From Hugenholtzia roseola DSM 9546 (lineage in GTDB: Bacteria > Bacteroidota > Bacteroidia > Cytophagales > Bernardetiaceae), in assembly GCF_000422585.1 (NCBI RefSeq), contig NZ_KE383880.1:1-64000 (forward strand): a stretch of DNA of 64,000 nucleotides. The letters run 5' to 3'. This document shows, piece after piece, positions 19,161 to 27,927 of this stretch. The notes beneath the pieces were generated by a model, which was not told the origin of the DNA, searched no databases, and saw nothing but the letters and a program-made list of their open reading frames with translations. The position numbers and the translations under genes are program-made. Each line of letters opens with the position of its first letter. Position 1 is the stretch's first letter.

Positions 19161-20249
19161 ATGCAAGCCATTCTCGAAACTTTTCAAAAAGTAGTCATTC
19201 AAATCGCAACCCCCTACGGCGCAGGGACGGGGTTTTATTTAGCCGATTTTGAACTTATCGTAACCAACTATCACGTAGTAGCAGGCTGTCGGCAGGTGGC
19301 AATCAGTGGTAAGTATCTGAAAAAGAGCTTGGCAGAGGTAGTTTTTATCAATGTGGGGAAGGATTTGGCGTTTATTAAGATGCCAGAAGAAACCCGCTAT
19401 GACTTTCCCAAAGTAGAATTGGCACATAAAAACGTGCAAGATGGGGACACCATTACGGCTATCGGACACCCCTACGGGCTTAGTTTTACGGCAACGCGCG
19501 GCATTGTTTCGAAGGCGAAACGTTTATACAAAAATACATACTACATTCAATTAGATGCGGCTATCAATCCGGGCAATAGTGGCGGTCCCTTAGTGAATGA
19601 GGCGGGAGAGATTGTAGGCGTAAATACTTTTATTTTGTCGGAAGGGAAAGATTTGGGTTTTGCCCTGCATGCGCAATATTTAAAAGAAGACCTCGAAGAG
19701 TTTGTCAAATTAGAAAGAAAGGAGAGTTTGCGTTGCCCCTCTTGTGCCAATATGGTGGTAGAAGCTACGCTTACGAATGATTATTGTCCGCATTGTGGCA
19801 CAGCCCTAACACGCCTAAGTCAGGAGGATTTTCAGCCCACAGGCGTTGCCAAAATTATAGAAGATTTGCTCTATGAGTTGGGTAAAAATGCCGTTTTAGC
19901 GCGTGTAGGCGCAAATCGTTGGGAAATTGTAGAAGGCAGTGCCAAGATATTTCTGCACTATCAGCCCGAAACAGGCTATATCTTTGCCGACTCTCAACTT
20001 TGCAGCCTGCCCAAATCGAATATCAGCGATATTTATAGCTACCTTTTGCACGAAAATTATCAGTTACAGGGCTTGCGTTTTAGCGTGCATGAGCAAGATG
20101 TTGTGCTTTCGATGGCTCTTTTTGCCCAATATCTCGAACCTGCATCGGCGCGTAAGCAGTTGTATTATCTAATCAAAAAGTCAGACGAATACGATAACAT
20201 CTTGGTACAAGACTACGGTGCGTCTTGGCGCGAATCGGAAGTCTTTTAA
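19161..20249 (+). CDS. trypsin-like (S1) serine peptidase with a C-terminal zinc-ribbon/uncharacterised domain
   Basis: His in TNYHVV, Ser in GNSGGPL, and a CPSC...CPHC motif. Confidence 0.65.
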   Translation: MQAILETFQKVVIQIATPYGAGTGFYLADFELIVTNYHVVAGCRQVAISGKYLKKSLAEVVFINVGKDLAFIKMPEETRYDFPKVELAHKNVQDGDTITAIGHPYGLSFTATRGIVSKAKRLYKNTYYIQLDAAINPGNSGGPLVNEAGEIVGVNTFILSEGKDLGFALHAQYLKEDLEEFVKLERKESLRCPSCANMVVEATLTNDYCPHCGTALTRLSQEDFQPTGVAKIIEDLLYELGKNAVLARVGANRWEIVEGSAKIFLHYQPETGYIFADSQLCSLPKSNISDIYSYLLHENYQLQGLRFSVHEQDVVLSMALFAQYLEPASARKQLYYLIKKSDEYDNILVQDYGASWRESEVF

Positions 20250-20458
20250 AGGGTGCTGGGCAGGGAAATTTGAAAATAAGGGTTAAAAAAGGGGTTTTCA
20301 GACCTTTTAAGGTACGTTATACGATTTTATTTGCTAATTTTGCCAAAGGTCTGATTTAGCACCTTGCGCCTGCAATTTTGCGCACTATGTTTTATAGAAA
20401 AATTTTGCTGCTTTTGCCTCTTTATTTGCCGAGTCCATTTCCAAACATCTTTACTCGA

Positions 20459-21100
20459 ATGCGATACCTGCCCTATTTTGGCTTTGCGCTCTTGCTTATT
20501 CTTGCCGACCAAGCCCTCAAACTCTACATTCATTTCAATATTCCCTTAGATGGGGAGATTCCTGTTTTTGGCGACTGGTTCAAATTGCACCACACCCTAA
20601 ACCCTGGCATGGCGTTTGGCATCGAATTGGGTTCGGAATATGGGAAATTGGGGCTTACGCTTTTTCGCACGCTGGCAGTCTTGGTCATTGGTTATTTCTT
20701 GGCACGTGCCGTCAGGGAAAAGCAGCCGCGCGGCTTGCTTGTGTCGGGCGCAGCGATTTGGGGCGGCGCGTTGGGCAATGTCGTAGATAGCACTTTTTAT
20801 GGTGTTTTCATCGAGGGCAATGCCACACCAATCGGCGCGATAGAACCCCCTTTCTATCCTTGGTTTCATGGGCAGGTGATAGATATGTTCTATTTTGATA
20901 TATGGAAAGGTTATTTTCCTGAATATGTACCCCTTTGGGGCGGCAAATACTTCTCTTTTTTCCCTATCTTCAATATCGCTGATGCGGCTATCTTCTGTGG
21001 CGTAGTGGCGGTGCTAATTTGGCACAAAAAGTTTTTCCCACACGTAACGGAAGAGGAGGAACGAAAAAAAGAAAATCAGCCCACACAAGAGGTAGAATAG
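20459..21100 (+). CDS. lspA: lipoprotein signal peptidase II
   Basis: LspA family motifs (NPGMAFGI, FNIADAAI) and 4 TM segments. The track ORF begins at 20378. Confidence 0.8.
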   Translation: MRYLPYFGFALLLILADQALKLYIHFNIPLDGEIPVFGDWFKLHHTLNPGMAFGIELGSEYGKLGLTLFRTLAVLVIGYFLARAVREKQPRGLLVSGAAIWGGALGNVVDSTFYGVFIEGNATPIGAIEPPFYPWFHGQVIDMFYFDIWKGYFPEYVPLWGGKYFSFFPIFNIADAAIFCGVVAVLIWHKKFFPHVTEEEERKKENQPTQEVE

Positions 21101-21242
21101 AATTTGAAACCGCCATTTGAAAAAAGCATAGAAGCCTACAATCCTTCTGTGCTTTTTTCGAGCTATGCTTTTTTCGAGTTTGAAGCCCCAAAGACCGTTT
21201 TTTCAGATGTTATGATATTTTTACGCTTTTTCTTTTAAAAAG

Positions 21243-24200
21243 ATGATAAAATATTTTTTCCTTTGCACGTTGTTTCTTTTGATGATGCCACTTTCGGCAC
21301 AGCAATATCTTTTTAAAGAATACGGTTTGGGGCATGGGCTGCCTCAATCGGAACTTCCAAGCCCACAGGCGATTTGTGTAGATAGTCAGGGGCGCATTTG
21401 GGTCGTAACCAATGGGGGCGGCATGGCAATTTTAGAACAAGAAAAGTATCGCCTCTTCAAAGAAAAAGACGGACTCAATAGCAACCTTTTAATGGGACTT
21501 ATAGAAAGCCCTGAAAAAGAACTTTGGATACTTTCACAAAACAAAAGCATTTCCCGATATGATGGGCATAACTTTTATTCCTACCCCGAATTAGAGGGCA
21601 AATTGCGCTTAGGTGGCACTCTCGCCTGCGATAAAAGAGGCAATGTTTGGGTCTTGGTCTTTGGTGGAGGCGTGGGTATCAATCAGACGCTCTATTGGAA
21701 ACCGCGCCAAAGTCAGACCTTCGTACCTTTCGAGCAAGCCGATTCGCTTACTGCCCCTTCGCCTACGTTGGGTCTGACACATACCTTAGATTATGACCCA
21801 ATTTTGTCGCAAAACGGGAAATTATATGCTTTTGATGGGAAAGTTTTTGTAGAAAAAAAATACCCTTCCGATTCGCTTCTGGTAGGCAAAAACCTGTTTT
21901 TCAATTACAAAGACTTCGAGGGAAATGAATGGCTCACCGCCATAGACCCTAACACAGGCAATGCGCACCTTCTTTTTTTCGAGGTAAGAAAAAAGCGTTT
22001 CACAAAAATTGAAGTGCCGCAGCCTTTTATTTGGGGTTTGGGGTGGCAGGTACGCTATTTTACAAATAAAAAATTGTATTTAGTAAATCCAAACCTAAAC
22101 CAAATTTTAATATATCAAAACAAAAAATTTGTCAAATCTTATGGCTTTGCCAATGGTTTGCAGGGCGCACTAACGGGCTGTGGAGCAGTAGTGGAAGATT
22201 CGGTAGGCTCGGTTTGGGTAGGAACGCGCGGCGCAGGACTTATTAAATTGCCCAACGATTATTTTAGCAATTTTACCCAACAAGATGGCTTGCAAGGCAA
22301 TATGACTTTTGGTATCTATGAAGATAGCAAAAAAAGAGTGTGGCTTGGCAGCAGTGCCGCAGGCATTACGCTTTACGAAGGCGGCAGGCTCAAAACCGTC
22401 CTTGCCAGCAACCAGCAAGCCGCCGTAGGGCGCGTATCGCATTTTTTTGAAAAGGGCGACACCATTTTTGCCGCCACAGGAGGAGGTATTATTTCAATTA
22501 TAGAATCAGAAAAAGACAAATTTTCTTGGCAATTCAGCCATCAAAGGTTTCATATTCCTGCGGGCTATTACAGAACCATCAGGCGCATAGATGATATTGT
22601 TTGGTTTTGTTCGCAAGCAAATGGCGTTTTTGGGTACGATATAGTCGCCGATAGTTTGTTGTATCAATTCAATTTGAATGAAGTGGGTTCGAGTACGATA
22701 CTCGATGTCAAGAAAGATAAAAAAGGCAACTATTGGTTTGCTACCTTCAACGGACTTAGCAAATGGGACGGCAAAAAGTTTGAACTTTTCAATACCAAAC
22801 AAGGGCTTAAAAATAATTTTATCCTCCAAATTCATATCGATAGGAAAGACCACATCTGGGCAGTGGCTTACAATGGTGGCTTGGCGCGTTTCGATGGCAA
22901 AAATTTTACTACCTATCAAAGCGGCGAAGGGCTTTCTTCGGATATTATTTACTCTATTCTGCCCGTTTCGAAGGTTCAAAATCAATATTGGATAGGCACA
23001 CAAAGAGGCTTAGACAAAGCCACTTTCGACGACAGAGGCAATCTCGTCAAAGTAGAATATTTCAACAAAGAACTTGGCTATTTGGGTGAAGAATCAAACG
23101 GCAAGGCGATAATGGAAGATAGCGAAGGCGGCATTTGGGTTGGGCATCTTACAGGGGTTACGAGGTGCGATTTTGGCTCTGCCGTTGCTCCAAAAGCTCA
23201 CAAGACTTTTATCACTGCCGTCAATTTGTCGCTTAATCAGACCAACTGGCGCGATTCTACCTATCAGAAATGGTATGAAAGTCTGACCACTTGGGAAAAT
23301 CTACCCCAAAAGTTGCGCCTGCCTGCCGAAGAAAATTCGCTCGTCATTCGTTTCTACACCACAGACTTTTCTAACCCCAAAGGCGCAACCTATCAATGGC
23401 AATTAGAAGGACTGCACAGCGATTTCCAACCGCCTACCTACCGCTCGGAAGCCAACTTTTCAAACCTGCCCGCAGGCACTTACACCTTCAAAGTGCGCTC
23501 TCGTGTGCAGGAGAATCAGGCTTGGAGTCAAACGGCTACTTTTGAGTTTGAGGTCTTGCCGAAATGGTGGCAAAAAATTGAGGTGCAGATAATTGGCTTT
23601 CTGTTCTCAACTTTGATGATTTTTGGTCTTATCAAATGGCGTACTAAGAGTTTGGAAGCCAGCAAGATTGCCTTAGAAAAGTTGGTAAAGGAGCGCACCC
23701 AAGAGGTAGTCAGACAAAAAGATGAGATTTTAGAAAAAAATAAGACCTTAGAAGTGCAGCAAGAGAAACTTTCACAGGCTTATGACGAAATTCAAGAGAA
23801 AAATCAGAACATTACGGCGAGCATTACCTACGCCAAGCGCATACAAGAGGCGATGCTACCTTCGCAGGAGCGCATTTGGCGCATTTTGCCACAAAGTTTC
23901 GTCTTTTATCAGCCGCGCGACATTGTTTCAGGAGATTTTTATTGGCTTTCCGAAATCGACCATCAGATTATTATTGCAGCCGTAGATTGCACAGGGCATG
24001 GCGTGCCGGGGGCGTTTATGTCGGTCATTGGTAGCAATATTTTGTATGAAGTCATTGAAAGTCAGCGCATTTTAGAGCCTGCCGCTATTTTATACGCCCT
24101 GCACGAAAATGTGCGCCGCCACCTCAATCAAGACCAAACACACAACCGCGACGGCATGGACATCGCCCTTTGTATCATCGACAAAAACGAGCGGTTGCTA

Positions 24201-24563
24201 CATTTTGCAGGGGCAAAAAATCCGCTCTTGCATGTGCGCCAGGGCAGTTTTGAACTTATCAAAGGCAGCAAATATCCCATTGGCGGCATTGGCAGCAGCC
24301 AGAATCCTATCTTTACACAAAAATCTATTCCGATAGCCGAAGATAGCACCTTTTACATCTATTCAGACGGTTTTCAAGACCAATTTGGCGGCAAAGAGGG
24401 GCGCAAGTACATGTCCCAACGCTTTCAAGCCCTTTTGGTGAGCCTATCAAAGCGTCCGCTACAAGCGCAAAAAGAAGCATTGGCAGAAGAACTCACGCTT
24501 TGGCAGCAGGCAGGCAAAGAAGAACAGGTAGATGATATTTTGGTGATAGGGTTTAAATTTTAA
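21243..24563 (+). CDS. sensor protein: periplasmic two-component-regulator beta-propeller repeats plus a Y_Y_Y-like domain, a TM segment, a coiled coil and a C-terminal PP2C/SpoIIE serine phosphatase
   Basis: Repeated W-x-G-T/S motifs and a TM near residue 780 (IIGFLFSTLMIFGLI). The PP2C region reads SGDFYW...DCTGHGVPGAFM...YSDGF. Confidence 0.7.
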   Translation: MIKYFFLCTLFLLMMPLSAQQYLFKEYGLGHGLPQSELPSPQAICVDSQGRIWVVTNGGGMAILEQEKYRLFKEKDGLNSNLLMGLIESPEKELWILSQNKSISRYDGHNFYSYPELEGKLRLGGTLACDKRGNVWVLVFGGGVGINQTLYWKPRQSQTFVPFEQADSLTAPSPTLGLTHTLDYDPILSQNGKLYAFDGKVFVEKKYPSDSLLVGKNLFFNYKDFEGNEWLTAIDPNTGNAHLLFFEVRKKRFTKIEVPQPFIWGLGWQVRYFTNKKLYLVNPNLNQILIYQNKKFVKSYGFANGLQGALTGCGAVVEDSVGSVWVGTRGAGLIKLPNDYFSNFTQQDGLQGNMTFGIYEDSKKRVWLGSSAAGITLYEGGRLKTVLASNQQAAVGRVSHFFEKGDTIFAATGGGIISIIESEKDKFSWQFSHQRFHIPAGYYRTIRRIDDIVWFCSQANGVFGYDIVADSLLYQFNLNEVGSSTILDVKKDKKGNYWFATFNGLSKWDGKKFELFNTKQGLKNNFILQIHIDRKDHIWAVAYNGGLARFDGKNFTTYQSGEGLSSDIIYSILPVSKVQNQYWIGTQRGLDKATFDDRGNLVKVEYFNKELGYLGEESNGKAIMEDSEGGIWVGHLTGVTRCDFGSAVAPKAHKTFITAVNLSLNQTNWRDSTYQKWYESLTTWENLPQKLRLPAEENSLVIRFYTTDFSNPKGATYQWQLEGLHSDFQPPTYRSEANFSNLPAGTYTFKVRSRVQENQAWSQTATFEFEVLPKWWQKIEVQIIGFLFSTLMIFGLIKWRTKSLEASKIALEKLVKERTQEVVRQKDEILEKNKTLEVQQEKLSQAYDEIQEKNQNITASITYAKRIQEAMLPSQERIWRILPQSFVFYQPRDIVSGDFYWLSEIDHQIIIAAVDCTGHGVPGAFMSVIGSNILYEVIESQRILEPAAILYALHENVRRHLNQDQTHNRDGMDIALCIIDKNERLLHFAGAKNPLLHVRQGSFELIKGSKYPIGGIGSSQNPIFTQKSIPIAEDSTFYIYSDGFQDQFGGKEGRKYMSQRFQALLVSLSKRPLQAQKEALAEELTLWQQAGKEEQVDDILVIGFKF

Positions 24564-24636
24564 TTTTTTTATTTTTTAAAATTTGTTTTTGAAAATACTT
24601 AATTAAAATCTTTTTTTCACTTTAAAAAGACAAAAT

Positions 24637-25668
24637 ATGACCACTATCACCGAACTAAAACGTCCGAATTGGTATCTTGCTATCGGAATCCCCTTGCTTA
24701 TCGCCATCAGTAGCTTTTGTATCACCCAAACAGAGGCTTTTAGCAACAACGCCGAACTACTTTCCCAAGCCATCTTGGTTGATATGCTCCTGCTTGCGCC
24801 TTTTCTCTACTACCTTGTGATAAGAAAAAGTACGGCAGGCAAGCATACCTTGTTAAGGCTTTGGTTGCTTAGTTTGTTGGTCTTAGAATTGATTTTAGGC
24901 AATCAGGCAGGAGAAAACCTAACGGCTTGGCAATATGTGAAAACTTTTGTCTATCCGCTACTCGAAATCGGCTTGCTGCTTTGGTTAGGATATAGTTTTT
25001 ATGTGGCAAGGAAAGAGCTAAAAACGCAACAAGTAGATTTTCCAAATCTGACGCGCCAGATGTTGGGCAAAATTATGGGTCAGAGTAAAGCCACTAATTT
25101 TGTCGCTGCCGAAATAATTTGCCTCTACTACGTTTTTGCGTGGGAAAAAAAGGCAAAACCAAATTATCAAACCTCTTTTAGCACCTACCAAGAAAGTGGC
25201 GGTATCGGACTTTTGTATGGCTTACTCTTTATTTTGCTGGTGGAAACGCTTGTCCTGCACCTGCTTTTGGCACAGTGGAATCCAACAGTGGCGTGGGTTG
25301 CGACAGGGCTAAGTCTTTATGCTTGCTTGCAAATTTTTGCACACACAAGGGCTATCAAGATGCGCCCGATTGTTTTGGATACCAATAACCTACAAATTTA
25401 CAACGGACTTGCTGCGGAAGCCATTTTTAGTTATGATAAAATAGAAAAAGTAGAACTTTCAAATGAAACTCCTTCTGACAAAAAAGCAATAAAAATGGTG
25501 CTGCTGCCTGATTTAGAAACCCATAATTGCGCTATTTTTCTCAAAGAGGAAGTAGCGGTAAGCAAGTTTTTTGGCATCAAACAGAAAACAAACCTGCTAC
25601 TTTTTTATACCGACCGCCCCCAAGATTTTCTTCATCAGCTTGCACTTAGGAAAGCACAGATTTTGTAA
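24637..25668 (+). CDS. hypothetical polytopic membrane protein
   Basis: 343 aa with multiple hydrophobic segments. No family assigned. Confidence 0.45.
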   Translation: MTTITELKRPNWYLAIGIPLLIAISSFCITQTEAFSNNAELLSQAILVDMLLLAPFLYYLVIRKSTAGKHTLLRLWLLSLLVLELILGNQAGENLTAWQYVKTFVYPLLEIGLLLWLGYSFYVARKELKTQQVDFPNLTRQMLGKIMGQSKATNFVAAEIICLYYVFAWEKKAKPNYQTSFSTYQESGGIGLLYGLLFILLVETLVLHLLLAQWNPTVAWVATGLSLYACLQIFAHTRAIKMRPIVLDTNNLQIYNGLAAEAIFSYDKIEKVELSNETPSDKKAIKMVLLPDLETHNCAIFLKEEVAVSKFFGIKQKTNLLLFYTDRPQDFLHQLALRKAQIL

Positions 25669-25673
25669 AGTGG

Positions 25674-25774
25674 CGTTGTTACAACGGTCAGAATGTCAAA
25701 AAACGGGGTTTTGTGCTTCGCGCAAACCTCCTGAACCCCCACCCTGCCCCAGTGATGTTAAGTTCTGTGAAAAG
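25674..25774. repeat. left arm of a ~100-bp imperfect inverted repeat (partner at 27797..27893)
   Basis: Its reverse complement matches the right arm at about 85% identity, including the CACCCTGCCCCAG core and a GTTACAACGGTCAGA end. Confidence 0.6.
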
Positions 25775-25796
25775 TCTTGTTTTATCAAATTTGACA

Positions 25797-25890
25797 CGAA
25801 ATAAAATTTGGACTGAACCCTATTTTTGGGTCTGAAAATTCTTTTTTATTTCAATCTCACTACGGACAAGGCAATGCCTTGTCCCCACAA
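25797..25890. repeat. partial MITE family B copy (starts with TIR CGAAATAAAATTTGG, ends at a REP palindrome)
   Basis: The sequence shares the 15-bp TIR and the TTTTTTATTTCAATC...CGGACAAGGCAATGCCTTGTCCC segment with 27600..27763. Confidence 0.55.
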
Positions 25891-26121
25891 CGGTAGCGCG
25901 AAGCTCCAGATTCGCCTTTGTACTGTGTTTTTTGGCATCTTCCCGTTTTGGGGCTTTTTAGAGAAGTGCCTAAAAGTTGAAATCGTAAATATTCGCCCCT
26001 TTATCGACAAATGCAGTGCCTTCATCTTTATGCCCTGATTTTGAGCAAAGAATTTGAAAAGAAGGGTACAACACTATCCTATCAATTCATTCCTTCTTTC
26101 AAACCTCAACTTTGCAGGACA

Positions 26122-27465
26122 ATGAACGCGACACAAAAAATCCAAGAAATAGAAAATTACTTAGGCAGTCTATTTTTCAATCCTTATCGCCGCAAAAGCT
26201 ATGCTTACGCTCACGACTACCAAGAACTTTTGGCAGCCATCGAGCTACACCTTGCACAGGGCAAGCGACACGCCAAAGCGCGTAATTGGCAGGCTGCTAT
26301 TCACGAATACGACACCATCTTGCTTTGGCAACGCAATCATACAGAGGCACTTTTTTTGTTAGCCGATGCCTATAAAAACCGTTGGCTCGACTACGGAAAC
26401 AAGCGCGACAAAGAGAAATCGCTTGCTTATGCACAACACTGTTTGCAGGTAGCACCCCACCATGCAGAAGCCAATGAGCTTGTCCATCAGATTTATACCA
26501 CCAGTCAGCTCGAAAACATTTGGGAAAGCAAGCATACCTACCAAGTTGCGTTTGCCACACTTATTGCTACGGCGATGCTTGCCTGCGGCGTTTGGGCGTA
26601 TCATTATTTCGGCTTCCAACTTTATCAAACAGAAAGCGCACCCCTGACTTTTTCTGCCTTAGACTTGATTCAGCAAGAGCCTGCCGCCCCCAACAACCAA
26701 AACACGTGGCTGCCCACCGAAGCCACACAAGCGGCACAGCGCACAATGCAGCAAGTTCCCGTAGAGTTTTTGTATCAGCATCAAAATCAGCACTTACAAC
26801 TGCACCTAAGCGTAGAACAATCTTTGTATCGCGCCTATCAGGAAGCCTATTCCTACAATCTTTTGGCAGATGTGGCGGTGCAGGGCGCAAATGTTGCCCT
26901 TCTCAAACTCAAAGTGGATTTAGTTGATGCCGCAGGTACGATTTTGCGCACCGATTGGATAGACTTAGTGCAGCCACACGAGCAATTAGCACACGCTGGC
27001 GAGGTCTTGCCCTTGCATTATTTGGAATACGAAGAAGGGCAAAATTTAGACTTGGCAAAGATTCAGATTACAGTTGCCGAAATACAATGGATAGAGCAAA
27101 ACGAAACGGCTTTCATACAAGAGAAAGAATTGCTTTGGCAGACAGCACCACTTGAAGGAACAGAAATTGTTATCAAAGAGCGCAAAAATGAGCTACTCGA
27201 TGCTCAAGGCGATGGCACTTATCACCATATCGAGTGGCAAATCGGCAACAAAGGCGAAAATCCTGTTCAGTCCTTGCAAGTAGAAATTGCTTGGTACAAT
27301 CAGAAGGGGCAAATTGTAGAAGCGCGTACTACCTACCTGACGCACTCCTCACAGCCGAGTTTGAAAAGCAAGCAAAAGCGTAGTGAAAATCGTACCTACC
27401 GCTTGGCAAACATCAAAGCCGAAGACATCGCAACTTACACCCTAACGGTGATAGATGCCCATTAA
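26122..27465 (+). CDS. hypothetical protein with an N-terminal TPR-like helical region and one central TM helix (AFATLIATAMLACGVWAYHYF)
   Basis: Intact ORF that lies wholly inside the inverted-repeat-bounded module. Track ORF from 26011. Confidence 0.45.
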   Translation: MNATQKIQEIENYLGSLFFNPYRRKSYAYAHDYQELLAAIELHLAQGKRHAKARNWQAAIHEYDTILLWQRNHTEALFLLADAYKNRWLDYGNKRDKEKSLAYAQHCLQVAPHHAEANELVHQIYTTSQLENIWESKHTYQVAFATLIATAMLACGVWAYHYFGFQLYQTESAPLTFSALDLIQQEPAAPNNQNTWLPTEATQAAQRTMQQVPVEFLYQHQNQHLQLHLSVEQSLYRAYQEAYSYNLLADVAVQGANVALLKLKVDLVDAAGTILRTDWIDLVQPHEQLAHAGEVLPLHYLEYEEGQNLDLAKIQITVAEIQWIEQNETAFIQEKELLWQTAPLEGTEIVIKERKNELLDAQGDGTYHHIEWQIGNKGENPVQSLQVEIAWYNQKGQIVEARTTYLTHSSQPSLKSKQKRSENRTYRLANIKAEDIATYTLTVIDAH

Positions 27466-27599
27466 AAGCGTCCTTTTTGGTTTGTTGTCTTGTGATATAC
27501 CGTTTTTTTAGATAGTTTTTAGGATAGGATAACAGAAACGCTACCCTCTTTGAGGGTAGTGTTTCTCTTTTTTAAGCCCTTTTCAGAAAACTACAAAAA

Positions 27600-27763
27600 C
27601 GAAATAAAATTTGGTTTTGACACCCTCGCTTTGGGGGAGGGCAGGGTGGGGTTCATTCCTTTTTTATTTCAATCGTACTGCGGACAAGGCAATGCCTTGT
27701 TCTATGCCCCAAACCCTAAGGGTCTTGAAGACCCTTAGGGTTTAAGTCCAAATTTTATTTCGT
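27600..27763. mobile_element. MITE family B, complete 164-bp copy with perfect 15-bp TIRs (CGAAATAAAATTTGG / CCAAATTTTATTTCG) and an internal perfect 14-bp-stem hairpin (AAACCCTAAGGGTC ttgaa GACCCTTAGGGTTT)
   Basis: TIRs and hairpin read directly. Partial relatives occur at 2001, 25797 and 37265-37480. Confidence 0.65.
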
Positions 27764-27796
27764 TCCTAATTTTACAAGACAAGTCCTTTCACAGAA

Positions 27797-27893
27797 CTTA
27801 ACATTACTGGGGCAGGGTGGGGGTTCAGTGGATTTGCGCAAAGCACAAAACCCTGCTTTTTAAACTTCTGACCGTTACAACGCTTGTTTGAAT
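27797..27893. repeat. right arm of the ~100-bp inverted repeat (partner at 25674..25774)
   Basis: See the left arm. Confidence 0.6.
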
Positions 27894-27927
27894 TTGAAAA
27901 ATAAAACGGTTGTAGCACTTTATGGCA

